A stretch of DNA of 64,000 bases from Nitrosopumilus sp. (lineage in GTDB: Archaea > Thermoproteota > Nitrososphaeria > Nitrososphaerales > Nitrosopumilaceae), in contig OZ242041.1 in the NCBI GenBank assembly GCA_965205215.1, positions 1,056,001 through 1,120,000 on the forward strand, written 5' to 3'. Every line of letters begins with the position of its first letter. The first letter of the stretch is position 1. Both the position numbers and the translations under genes were made by a program. The notes under the pieces are model-generated. The model was not told the DNA's origin and searched no databases. It was given only the letters and a program-made list of their open reading frames with translations. This document shows positions 1 through 9,700 of the stretch, piece by piece.

Positions 1-167
1 CGCGGCCACGCATGCTGCGGCAATGGCATATGTCGTAGTGCGCGCGCCCGTCATGGCGCAGGATGGCCGAATCCGACAATAAGGCGCCGGGTTTGCAATG
101 GTTCTCCATTTTGTCAAATTTTTGTCAGTACCTGCAGGCCGCCGCCGCCGCGGCCGCCGCCAGGCCT

Positions 168-974
168 TCAGAACGGCTTGTTGACGTCCCTCGTGAACAC
201 GTAGCCTGCGACCACCGTTATGCATGCGACGAAGGCCGATATTATCCCGAGCCCGGCCAGCATGGCTATGCCGCCCTCCGAGACCCCCGTCATCATCTCC
301 CTTATGAGGAGCACCGCGTACGTGACGGGGTTGAACTTTGCAAGCGTGGCGAGCCACTCCGGCAGCAGCTCGAGCGGGAAGAGGGCGGGGCTGAGCATGA
401 ACAGCGGCATGCCGAGCATGTTTATCAGCCCCCAGAAGGTCTCCTGCGACTTTGCAGTGGCCGCCACCGTCACGGATATCCCGGCGAACCCCAGCGAGAA
501 CAGTACGACGATGCCCATTATGGGGGCGATCATCAGGGGGTCCTCGAACGTGACCCCTATCGCGAGCGCGATTCCGAGTATGAGGCTGGCCTGCAGCGCG
601 GATATCAGGGAGATTGCCGCCATCTTGCCCAGGGCGATCGAGGAGCGCGAGATCGGCGTGGTGAGCACCTTGTTCATGAACCCGTACCGCCTGTCCCACA
701 GCGTGTTGACGCCGCCGAATATGCTGGTGAATATCGCCGTCAGCACTATCACGCCGGGCGCCATGAACTCGATGTACTGGCCGTCGAACCCGACTGACTC
801 TATGAGCGGCTGGGTTCCGGCAAACGTGTTGCCCACGACTATTATCCATATGGCCGGCTGGATGAGCCTGATGAACACCCCGCTCTTTGACTTTTTGTAC
901 CGCTTTATCTCGCGCCAGAATATCGTGTACGCGTCGTACGCGGCCGACGCGCGGAGCGGTGCGCCGGGGGTCAT
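168..974 (-). CDS. ABC-2 type transporter permease
   Basis: Six hydrophobic segments; ABC-2 motifs 'FMAPGVIVLTAIF', 'DRRYGFMNKVLTTPISR', 'FNPVTYAV'; overlaps the ATPase stop by 4 nt. Confidence 0.93.
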   Translation of the reverse strand: MTPGAPLRASAAYDAYTIFWREIKRYKKSKSGVFIRLIQPAIWIIVVGNTFAGTQPLIESVGFDGQYIEFMAPGVIVLTAIFTSIFGGVNTLWDRRYGFMNKVLTTPISRSSIALGKMAAISLISALQASLILGIALAIGVTFEDPLMIAPIMGIVVLFSLGFAGISVTVAATAKSQETFWGLINMLGMPLFMLSPALFPLELLPEWLATLAKFNPVTYAVLLIREMMTGVSEGGIAMLAGLGIISAFVACITVVAGYVFTRDVNKPF

Positions 975-1990
975 GGCGCCCCGACCCCCCTCCTCCTCCT
1001 CTTCCTGGCAAGATCCAGCCCCCGGCTGAACCCGGAGTCCTCCTCGTCCCTGATCTCGTGCCCCGTATGGTGCAGGAACACGTCGTCAAGCGTGGGCCGC
1101 GTCACGCTGATCGCGTCTATCGCGACGCCGCACCTTGACGCGGCCCCGAATATCTTGGGGACCGCCCCGGTTCCGTCTGACGCCACCATGGTTATGGCCC
1201 CCGAGCCGCCGTCGCGCCTTATGCCGGACAGCATCCCGTCCATGCCCTGCAGCTCCCGCAGCATTCTGTCAGAGTCGGCCCGCGGCACCTCTATTGAGAT
1301 CATCTCGCTGCCGAGCGCGTCCTTCATGCGCCCCGGGCTGTCTATGGCCACTATCCTGCCGCCGTCTATTATGCCGACCCTGTCGCAGAGGCTGTCTGCC
1401 TCCTCCATGTAGTGGGTGGTCAGGAAGACGGTCACGCCGTACTCCGAGTGTATCCTCCTGATATAGTCCCATATCTTCCTGCGCGTCTGTATGTCGAGCC
1501 CGACTGTCGGCTCGTCGAGGAACAGCACGTCGGGCATGTGGAGCAGCCCCCCCGCTATGTCAAGCCTCTTGCGCATGCCGCCGGAGTAGCCCACCACCTG
1601 CTCGTGCTGCTTTTGCTCCAGCTCCACCAGGCTGAGCATCTCGTCTATGCGCGGCTCCGCCGTCCTTTTCGGCATGTGGTTGAGCCTCGCGTGCAGCTGG
1701 AGGTTCTCCCGCCCCGTCATGTACTCGTCCACTGCAATGTCCTGCTGGACGTATCCTATCTTCTGCCTGACGCTCTTGGGTTCCCTTGAGACGTCGGCGC
1801 CACCGACAAAGGCCTCGCCTGAGGTGGGCCTGAGCAGGGTGGTGAGGATCATCATGGCGGTGCTCTTCCCGGCGCCGTTGGGGCCTAGGAACCCGAATAT
1901 CTCCCCGCTCTTGACGCTGAATGATACGTCGTCGACCGCGGTTACGCGGCCAAACGACTTTGTCAGGTGCCTGGTCTCTATGGCGTCCAT
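971..1990 (-). CDS. ABC transporter ATP-binding protein (DrrA-like)
   Basis: Walker A GPNGAGKS, signature YSGGM, Walker B LFLDEPT, H-loop TTHY; ATG at 1990 preferred. Confidence 0.95.
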   Translation of the reverse strand: MDAIETRHLTKSFGRVTAVDDVSFSVKSGEIFGFLGPNGAGKSTAMMILTTLLRPTSGEAFVGGADVSREPKSVRQKIGYVQQDIAVDEYMTGRENLQLHARLNHMPKRTAEPRIDEMLSLVELEQKQHEQVVGYSGGMRKRLDIAGGLLHMPDVLFLDEPTVGLDIQTRRKIWDYIRRIHSEYGVTVFLTTHYMEEADSLCDRVGIIDGGRIVAIDSPGRMKDALGSEMISIEVPRADSDRMLRELQGMDGMLSGIRRDGGSGAITMVASDGTGAVPKIFGAASRCGVAIDAISVTRPTLDDVFLHHTGHEIRDEEDSGFSRGLDLARKRRRRGVGAP

Positions 1991-2246
1991 CGTACGCGTG
2001 GACGGAGCCGGGCCCAATTATAACTTGGTAGATCCGGGCGGGTGTCCCGCCATCGCCACCATCCCCGCCGCACCGTCACCTCGCTGCTTGCATGCGCGCA
2101 TCGTATCGTGGCCGGCGTCTCTGGCGCGCCTGTCCCGAGCAAAGTCAAAAAAGCCGACCAGCGTGCCGTGCCGGCCGTCCGGCGTCGGGGCAAAAATACT
2201 GGATGGTGCGCCGCGTGCGGGAAAGAAAAGGCGGCGGCAGTAGCCG

Positions 2247-2699
2247 TTACTCCATCCGTTTGAACTCTTTTTTGGACATCCTGAGGATCACCCTCTCGCC
2301 GATCCCCCATATCTCTGACTTTGAGACGATCTTGGTGTTTGTCAGGCCGTCCGTGATCTCTATGGACTCTATCTCCTCCGTGTCGGGGTTCTTGTGAAGC
2401 CGCTTTATCTTGCCCAGCTTGTGGCGGTCCCCGTCGATGACAGTGGCCCCTGTCCTTATGGGCGGCCTGCTCAGGTGCAGCGTCTCCTTTGAGAACTCGT
2501 CTATGTAGTCGCTGGTCAGGTAGTAGTCCTTGCCGAACCCCTCGTGTATGGTCACTCCTGAGACCACCAGCGTCTCCGGGTTGATGTGTATGTGCCGTAC
2601 CTTGCCATACTCCACTCCCTCCCTGTCGATGACCTTTTTGCCCTTGAACGTGTCGGCCGTCATCATGCCCTCGGGCACGTCCTCGAGTCTTACTGACAT
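2247..2699 (-). CDS. Tandem PRC-barrel domain protein
   Basis: Two 'GKKVIDREG..YGKV' / 'GATVIDGDRHKLGKI' PRC-like repeats; start uncertain. Confidence 0.75.
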   Translation of the reverse strand: MSVRLEDVPEGMMTADTFKGKKVIDREGVEYGKVRHIHINPETLVVSGVTIHEGFGKDYYLTSDYIDEFSKETLHLSRPPIRTGATVIDGDRHKLGKIKRLHKNPDTEEIESIEITDGLTNTKIVSKSEIWGIGERVILRMSKKEFKRME

Positions 2700-2786
2700 G
2701 ACGTCTGGTGGCAAAGTTTGCTTATCAACTCGAGCATTGTCAAATTCCACCAATGGCGTTAAATTACTTGACTTGGAACCCGTGGC

Positions 2787-3215
2787 ATGCCCCCCTCGGA
2801 CCCTGCCGCATGCGCGACCGGGCCGCCGGGGCCGGCAGGCAGTCCGGCGGTACTGGGGGCGCCGGACGAGGCTGCGTTCAGGGCCGTTCTCGTGACCAGG
2901 GGGCGCCGCACGAACAGCGAGCACGCCGTCCCGCTCAGGGCCGTGTCCCGCTCGGGCAAGCTCTACTTTTCAAGGCACCTGCCGGACGGGGACTGGTACC
3001 TCAACGCGGCAGCCAACCCCGACGTGGCGGTGATCCGCGGGGAGCAGAGCGCGCGCGGCACGGCGCGTATAGTGTCCGACGAGGGGCTGCTGCGGACCAT
3101 CTCGGAGCTAAAGTATCCGGGGCAGGAGAGGGCAAGGGAGCGCAGGGTTGCAATAGAGGTGTCGCTTGACGAGGGCCGCGGCGGCGGCGGCGGCGGCCCT
3201 GCCGCTACCGTATGA
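2787..3215 (+). CDS. Deazaflavin (F420)-dependent nitroreductase-like / split-barrel protein
   Basis: 'LVTRGRRT...PL', 'DWYLNAAANPDV' typical of the DUF385/Ddn family. Confidence 0.75.
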   Translation: MPPSDPAACATGPPGPAGSPAVLGAPDEAAFRAVLVTRGRRTNSEHAVPLRAVSRSGKLYFSRHLPDGDWYLNAAANPDVAVIRGEQSARGTARIVSDEGLLRTISELKYPGQERARERRVAIEVSLDEGRGGGGGGPAATV

Positions 3216-3315
3216 CGCGGCCGCAGATGCGCGCGGCTTTACGGCAGAGAACCAAACCCGCACCTTTAAATCCACTTTATAGGATCTTTTACTTGGGAAT
3301 GGAGATTATAAAATA

Positions 3316-5688
3316 ATGAATATTGTAATTCTGGCCATCGTCATCGGTATCGTTGCAATTGGAATCGGGGCCGCCCTTGTGCTTGCCCCTGCCGGCGATA
3401 CTCCGCCGCCTGTAGTTGAGCCGGCGCCGGAGGTGCCCCCCACCGGCACCGGCACGGATGCCGACACCACCCTAAATGCAACCGAGCCGGCGCCAGACGC
3501 GCCGTCAGTCGCTGTCCCCTCCACGCCCTCTACGGACATGCCCCTGGACAATGACACGTCGGCGGTAATGGCAGATCCCGTCCCACTCTCCCCGGCGCAT
3601 GGGACCGAGGGGGCCTTGGAGATAACCACAAGGGAGCAGCTTGTCGACCTGATAAACGCGGCGTCCTTGCAGGATCAGTCCGCGGGCAGGTGGCAGGCCG
3701 GCTTCGGCTCGGAAATGATGATGCTTGCAAGATCCGCCGAGATGATGGTAGAGCCGGAACCCGAGATGATGTTCGATGATGCCGCGAGCCAGGACGGCGG
3801 GGGTGGCGGCACCGACTATTCGACTACGAACGTGCAGGTAGAGGGCGTCGACGAGCCGGACTATGTAAAGACCGACGGCCAGTACGCATACGTGGCGGCG
3901 CGCAACATGCTTACGATCGTAGACGTGTGGCCTGCCAGCGACATGGGCGTAGTCGCAAAGGTGGCCCTTGACATTGATCCGGACTACATCCGCGACATAT
4001 TCCTCAACGGCGACGATCTGGTTGTGTTCTACACCTCGCAGAGCGACGATCTCGTGATACGGGAGTACGACTTTGAGCCGCGGCGGTCGTACAAGCCCGT
4101 CACGCACGCGGTCGTACTGGACGTGTCGGACCGCTCGGCGCCCGAGATCCGCACCAAATACTCGATAGACGGGTGGTTCGAGGACGCCCGCATGATAGGC
4201 GACCGCGTCTACGTGGTGGCCACGAGCCACGTGGACTATGACTACCCGGACTTTCCCATAATCCTGCGAAACTCGGAGGAGGTCGCGCCCCGGATCTTTT
4301 ACTTTGACGACGAGTGGAACCTCTCGACGTTCACGACCCTCGCCGAGATAGACCTCTCCGGAGACTCCATCTCGTCTGAGACGTTTTTGATGGGCAACAC
4401 GGGCACGTACTATGTGACGCACTCGTACTTTTACCTGACGTACCTGCAGAGCGTGCCTCCGGACTACAACTACGAGCAGGCCGCCAAAGAGCGCTTCTTT
4501 GAGGCGATCGTCCCGCTGCTGCCGGCCGAGATACAGCGTGACATACTCGACGCGCAGGAGGCCGAGTGGCTTGAGGGTTCGCGCGGCCAGTGGAGGGCGA
4601 TTGCCGAGATACTTGAAAACTACTACAACAGGCTTGGGGCCGGCGAGCGCGACAGGCTCTTTGAGCGCATACAGGACGCGCTGATATCGTACGACTCGGA
4701 GCTTGAGAGGGACCGCACCAAGACCATAATTCACAAGGTCTCGATAGGCGGCGGGGGAGAGGACGGCATCGAGTACGTGGCGCGCGGCTCCGTGCCCGGC
4801 AGGCTCCTCAACCAGTTCTCCCTCGGAGAGAGCGGAGGCGGCGAACGGCTACGCGTGGCCACCACGACTGAATACTATACAGAGTACGGCGGCTTTAGCA
4901 GGTCAAACGGGGTCTACACGCTTGACCGCAACCTGGAGGAGGTCGGCTCGCTTGAGGGCGTAGCGCCCGACGAGAGCATATACTCGGCCAGGTTCATGGG
5001 GGACAGGCTGTACCTTGTAACGTTCCAGCAGGTGGACCCGTTCTTTGTCATTGACATATCCGGCGACACGCCGCGCATACTCGGCGAGCTCAAGATTCCG
5101 GGCTTTTCAAACTACCTGCACCCGTACGATGAAAAGCACGTGATCGGGGTGGGCCGCGACACCACGCTTAACGACGACAGGTGGGTCAGGCAGCTGGGGC
5201 TCAAGATAGCCTTGTTCGACGTCTCTGACGTCTCAAACCCGTCAGTCGCAGACGACCTGATAATAGGGGACATGGAGACGTATTCGGACGCGCTGTCGAG
5301 CCACAAGGCCTTCTTCTTTGACGGTTCGCGCGGCATACTGTCGATGCCCGTCAAGGGCCCCTACCAAGAGCTTGGCGACACCCTGCACCCGTCAGAGTCC
5401 GAGAACGTGATTGAATACGACGACTACTACAGGGACTATTGGTCGGGATTCTACATCCTAAAGGTGGACGCGGAAAACGGCATTGGAATACGCGGGACCG
5501 TCTCGCACTCTGCCGTGTCAACTGACCCGTATCGCTACGCAGACGGATCCGCCAGGACGTTCTACATAGAGGACGTCCTGTATACAATATCCGACGGCGT
5601 GATGGTCGCCAGCGACACGGACTCCCTTGAGCGGCTCGGGTTCGTCAGGCTGTCCGGGACGGGCGCGCTCGTGGGATACCTGGACTGA
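3316..5688 (+). CDS. Membrane-anchored beta-propeller domain protein (Beta_propel family)
   Basis: N-terminal TM, Pro-rich linker, 'YSTTNVQVEGVDEPDYVKTDG', 'IYSARFMGDRLYLVTFQQVDPFFVID', 'LGELKIPGFSNYLHP'. Confidence 0.9.
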   Translation: MNIVILAIVIGIVAIGIGAALVLAPAGDTPPPVVEPAPEVPPTGTGTDADTTLNATEPAPDAPSVAVPSTPSTDMPLDNDTSAVMADPVPLSPAHGTEGALEITTREQLVDLINAASLQDQSAGRWQAGFGSEMMMLARSAEMMVEPEPEMMFDDAASQDGGGGGTDYSTTNVQVEGVDEPDYVKTDGQYAYVAARNMLTIVDVWPASDMGVVAKVALDIDPDYIRDIFLNGDDLVVFYTSQSDDLVIREYDFEPRRSYKPVTHAVVLDVSDRSAPEIRTKYSIDGWFEDARMIGDRVYVVATSHVDYDYPDFPIILRNSEEVAPRIFYFDDEWNLSTFTTLAEIDLSGDSISSETFLMGNTGTYYVTHSYFYLTYLQSVPPDYNYEQAAKERFFEAIVPLLPAEIQRDILDAQEAEWLEGSRGQWRAIAEILENYYNRLGAGERDRLFERIQDALISYDSELERDRTKTIIHKVSIGGGGEDGIEYVARGSVPGRLLNQFSLGESGGGERLRVATTTEYYTEYGGFSRSNGVYTLDRNLEEVGSLEGVAPDESIYSARFMGDRLYLVTFQQVDPFFVIDISGDTPRILGELKIPGFSNYLHPYDEKHVIGVGRDTTLNDDRWVRQLGLKIALFDVSDVSNPSVADDLIIGDMETYSDALSSHKAFFFDGSRGILSMPVKGPYQELGDTLHPSESENVIEYDDYYRDYWSGFYILKVDAENGIGIRGTVSHSAVSTDPYRYADGSARTFYIEDVLYTISDGVMVASDTDSLERLGFVRLSGTGALVGYLD

Positions 5689-5700
5689 CGCGCGCGGCGC

Positions 5701-6411
5701 TCACACGATGTGCACTATGGTGGTCAGGCCCCTCTTCTCGATCTCGCTTCCGTCCGAGTCCACCTCTGCAAACGTTATCGTAAACGAGACGAGGTCCCTG
5801 CGCTGGGCGCCCTCCGCGTGGAGGGTCAGGCGCGCGTCGAGCATCTCGGAGGCGTCCGGTGGCAGCCCCTCGTCAGAGAGGTGCGCGCCGCACGTGGACT
5901 CTGTCCTGAACCTGTCATCCTTGAAGTGGAACCCGATCTTGATCCTCCTGCCCTGCCTGGCGGCCCCCTTTGCGACCACCTCTATGGGCCCCGCCTTGGC
6001 CTCCGTGTACCCGGACATCTTGTTTACAAAGACCCCTACCTCGAGGGGCCTGCCTGCCGTCGCCTCCGCCATCTTCTGCAGGCCGTCGTTCATCGCGATG
6101 TCCACCGACTTTATGGTCTGGGCCACCTTTGCTATCCACTCGCAGCTCCTCTCGACTGCGGCCCGTATCCCCTCGCGCCTGCGGGCGTCCTCGTCCTCGG
6201 GCAGCTTGTAGTAGTCGACCCAGCCCTCGTAGTCGTGCTGTATGTCCTTCACAAAGTCTATGCAGATGCGCCTGTACTCGTTGACGTCGTCGGTCCTCTC
6301 CGACTCGTCCTCCGTATACATGGCGGCGCTGGCGCCGCTGTTGTCGTCGCTGTAGTCTGCCGGCATCGCCATGGCGTGGGTGCGGCACGGGTGTAAAAAA
6401 ACCCTTATCAC
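5701..6411 (-). CDS. Hypothetical protein (start probably near 6372-6321)
   Basis: Long ORF with globular composition and coding-like codon pattern; no motif recognised. Confidence 0.6.
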   Translation of the reverse strand: MIRVFLHPCRTHAMAMPADYSDDNSGASAAMYTEDESERTDDVNEYRRICIDFVKDIQHDYEGWVDYYKLPEDEDARRREGIRAAVERSCEWIAKVAQTIKSVDIAMNDGLQKMAEATAGRPLEVGVFVNKMSGYTEAKAGPIEVVAKGAARQGRRIKIGFHFKDDRFRTESTCGAHLSDEGLPPDASEMLDARLTLHAEGAQRRDLVSFTITFAEVDSDGSEIEKRGLTTIVHIV

Positions 6412-6719
6412 TCAAGGCGCATATTCACTGTATGTTAATAATTATTTGAGACTGTATAATAATGATGGACAAATCTACTAGATGGGCTTCGCGACGGGTC
6501 GGGCTGGCGCTTGATCTGATGCTGGCTCTGTCCAGAAATATGAGAAAGAGAACAGGGTTCCCCGGGATGGGTAGGCGCACTGCGGGCGCGGGTACGCGGA
6601 AAATCCACTAGCGGCAGCAGAAAGCCACTTCTTTTTACCTAGAATGGGGTGGGGGGGAAAAGAGGCGTATTCTTCGCACTGCCTTGTCAACATTATTTAA
6701 TCTTGTGTCTTATGTGCCA

Positions 6720-9700
6720 ATGTACCAAAAAATCAATGTGCTGACTTTCCCTGATTTAGCCGCAGCCGCTGTCGGCCGTGCCAGGTTCCGGAGACAGTCG
6801 TCAGGCTGGTCGTTGGCCGTATTTGTGGTGCTGGTGGCGGCAGCAGCGGCTGCCGGGTCGTTTGTACTGCTGCCCGGCCTGCCGGGCGCGCCACAGGCAG
6901 GCGATGGCGGACCGGAGTGGAGGGTGCCAGATGCACTGTCGGCGCAAGACAGCGGCGATGCGCCTGCGCGGTCATTCCAAGGCGCACTGGCGCAGGCACT
7001 GCATGCGGCCGGCGCGGCGGGCGCCGAGCTGCCTGCGGACTTCGCGTCTGCCACGGTTTGGCCTGAGCTGACGGGCGCGCCGGGGCATGCGGCACTGCTG
7101 CCGCAGGCGCACGCGCAAACGCCTGACACTGGCGCCTTTGTCACCACGTGGAACACCACCGGGGAGTCTATCGGCACTAAAAGTCTGGCGGGTATCGGAT
7201 TTCACATAGGCGTGGCATCCGGCGGCCAGGTGACCATAGACTGGGGGGACGGTAGCCCGCCACAGTCGTACAACGCATCCGGATACGTGAACCCCTATTA
7301 CATATACGATGGACCCGCCGTACTCAGAAATTCCACAGTGTCGATCTCCGGCGACTTGACGCGCTTTTACTTTCACTACTATGATGTTGCCCGAACCTTT
7401 GATACCCCAAAAATGCTCCTGTCACTGGACCAGTGGGGGGATACTAAATGGTCCGACATGACTGAGATGTTCAAGGGTGCCACAAACATGCAGTACCGGG
7501 CAACTGACGCACCAGATCTCTCCTCCCAACCCTCCGTGCTTAACATGTTTTACAACACGTACGTTGACGGCGACCTGTCCAGCTGGGACGTGTCCCCAAT
7601 GACCAGCACAAGATACATGTTCAACAAGGCTTACGGCTTTGACGGCGACCTGTCCAGCTGGGACATGTCCAGCGTGACTGACATGACGTACATGTTCTCT
7701 GACGCCCACGCATTCAACGGCGACATCTCCGGCTGGAACGTCTCCTCCGTGGAACACATGACGCAGATGTTTCAGGCCGCAACTTCCTTCAACGGCGACA
7801 TCTCCGGCTGGAACGTCTCCTCTGTGGAGGACATGTATGCAATGTTCTCTGGCGCCCTCGCATTCAACGGCGACATCTCCGGGTGGAACGTCTCCTCCGT
7901 GGACAGCCTGCACGGCATGGCTTACATGTTTAATTTCGCCCACGCCTTTGACAGGAATCTGGGACCGTGGTTTGTCGTCCTAGAAGACACGTACGTAGAC
8001 CACGGCGGGACGATAGTTGCGAGCATATCCCCGCAAGTCGGGTTTGATACGGGCGTTGACAACTACAACATTACGGGCGTCGACGCTGATCATTTCACGA
8101 TTATGGACGGACGCCTTGTCCTCAATTCCGCGTCCGACCACCACTCCAAATCCGAGTATCACATAACGATAACTGCCAACACCACCGAGGTGAACCTCAT
8201 TTCTCCTGCTGTGGAGAATTCCATCTCTCCCACCATCAGAGTCAACTCCCCTTCCCAATCGGCCCCGACTCTCGGCTCCATCACGAGGCACGACCCCACC
8301 GTCGCCACCACCGACAGCGGCACGCTCGTGTTCAACGCGACGTTCAGCAAGGCCGTGACCGGCGTGGACGCGGGCGACTTTGAGCTTGCCCCGGGCAGTC
8401 CGGAAGCCGACACCCTGAGATACGAATACTCCAGCTCGCCGGCCCTGTACGTGCCGTATAATGTATACAAGAATGACACGATTACCGTCACCGACTCCGG
8501 CGCGGCCTCGTCCGTGTCCGTGTCCGTGGACATCGAGCACGACTACATCGGCGACCTCTTGGTGCAGCTCGTGGCGCCCGACGGCACCGCCCGGACGCTG
8601 CACGACCGCGCCGGCAGCGGCGATGACGACATAACCGAGACCTACGAGGTGGACTTTGGCGGCGTCGAGATCGGCGGGGACTGGGCGATGCGCCTCCACG
8701 ACAACTTCAACGGAGACGAGGGCACCCTGAACAGCTGGAACCTGACGCTCGGGGTGGACATCGACCAGGTGACTTCCGTGACCGGCTCGGGCAGCCAGTA
8801 CTACGTCACCGTCGCGTCGCCGCAGGCAGGCACGTACAACCTGGACATCGCGCAGGACAACGACATCGTGGACGGTTCCGGCCGCGCGCTGCTGGGCCTT
8901 GCCCCGACGGGCGACGACCAGTCCTATACTGTCACCACCTCGGTCCTGCCGGTTATCACGCTGGCCGGATCGCCGACGGTGTCCGTGCCAATCGGTTCTG
9001 CGTACGCGGACGCCGGAGCCACGTGCGATGACGGCAACGGCAACGACATCTCGTCCAGGCTGGTCACGACAAACCCCGTAAACACGGATGCCGCCGACAC
9101 GTACACCGTGACGTACGACTGCACGTCAGACTCCGGCAAGTCCGCCGCCCAGGTGACCCGGACGGTGACCGTGTCGGATCCGCCGCCCTCCGTGGCGTCC
9201 ATCACGAGGCACGACCCCGCCACCGCCACCGCCACCGACAGCGGCACGCTCGTGTTCAACGTGACGTTCAGCGAGGCAGTGACCGGCGTGGACGCGGGAG
9301 ACTTTGAGCTTGCCCCTGGCAGTCCGGGAGCCGACACTCTGAGATACGAATACTCCAGCTCGCCGGCCCTGTACGTGCCGTACGACGTGTACAAAAATGA
9401 CACGATCACCGTCACCGACTCCGGCGCGGCCTCGTCCGTGTCCGTGTCGGTGGACATCGAGCACGACTACATCGGCGACCTCCTGGTGCAGCTCGTGGCG
9501 CCCGACGGAACCGCCAGGACGCTGCACAACCACACCGGCAGCAACGATGACGACATAACCGAGACCTACGAGGTGGACCTTGCCGGAACTGAGATAAACG
9601 GGAACTGGACTATGCGCCTCTACGACAACTTCAACGGAGACGAGGGCACCCTGAACAGCTGGAACCTGACGCTCGGGGTGGACGCCGACCCTGAGATTTC

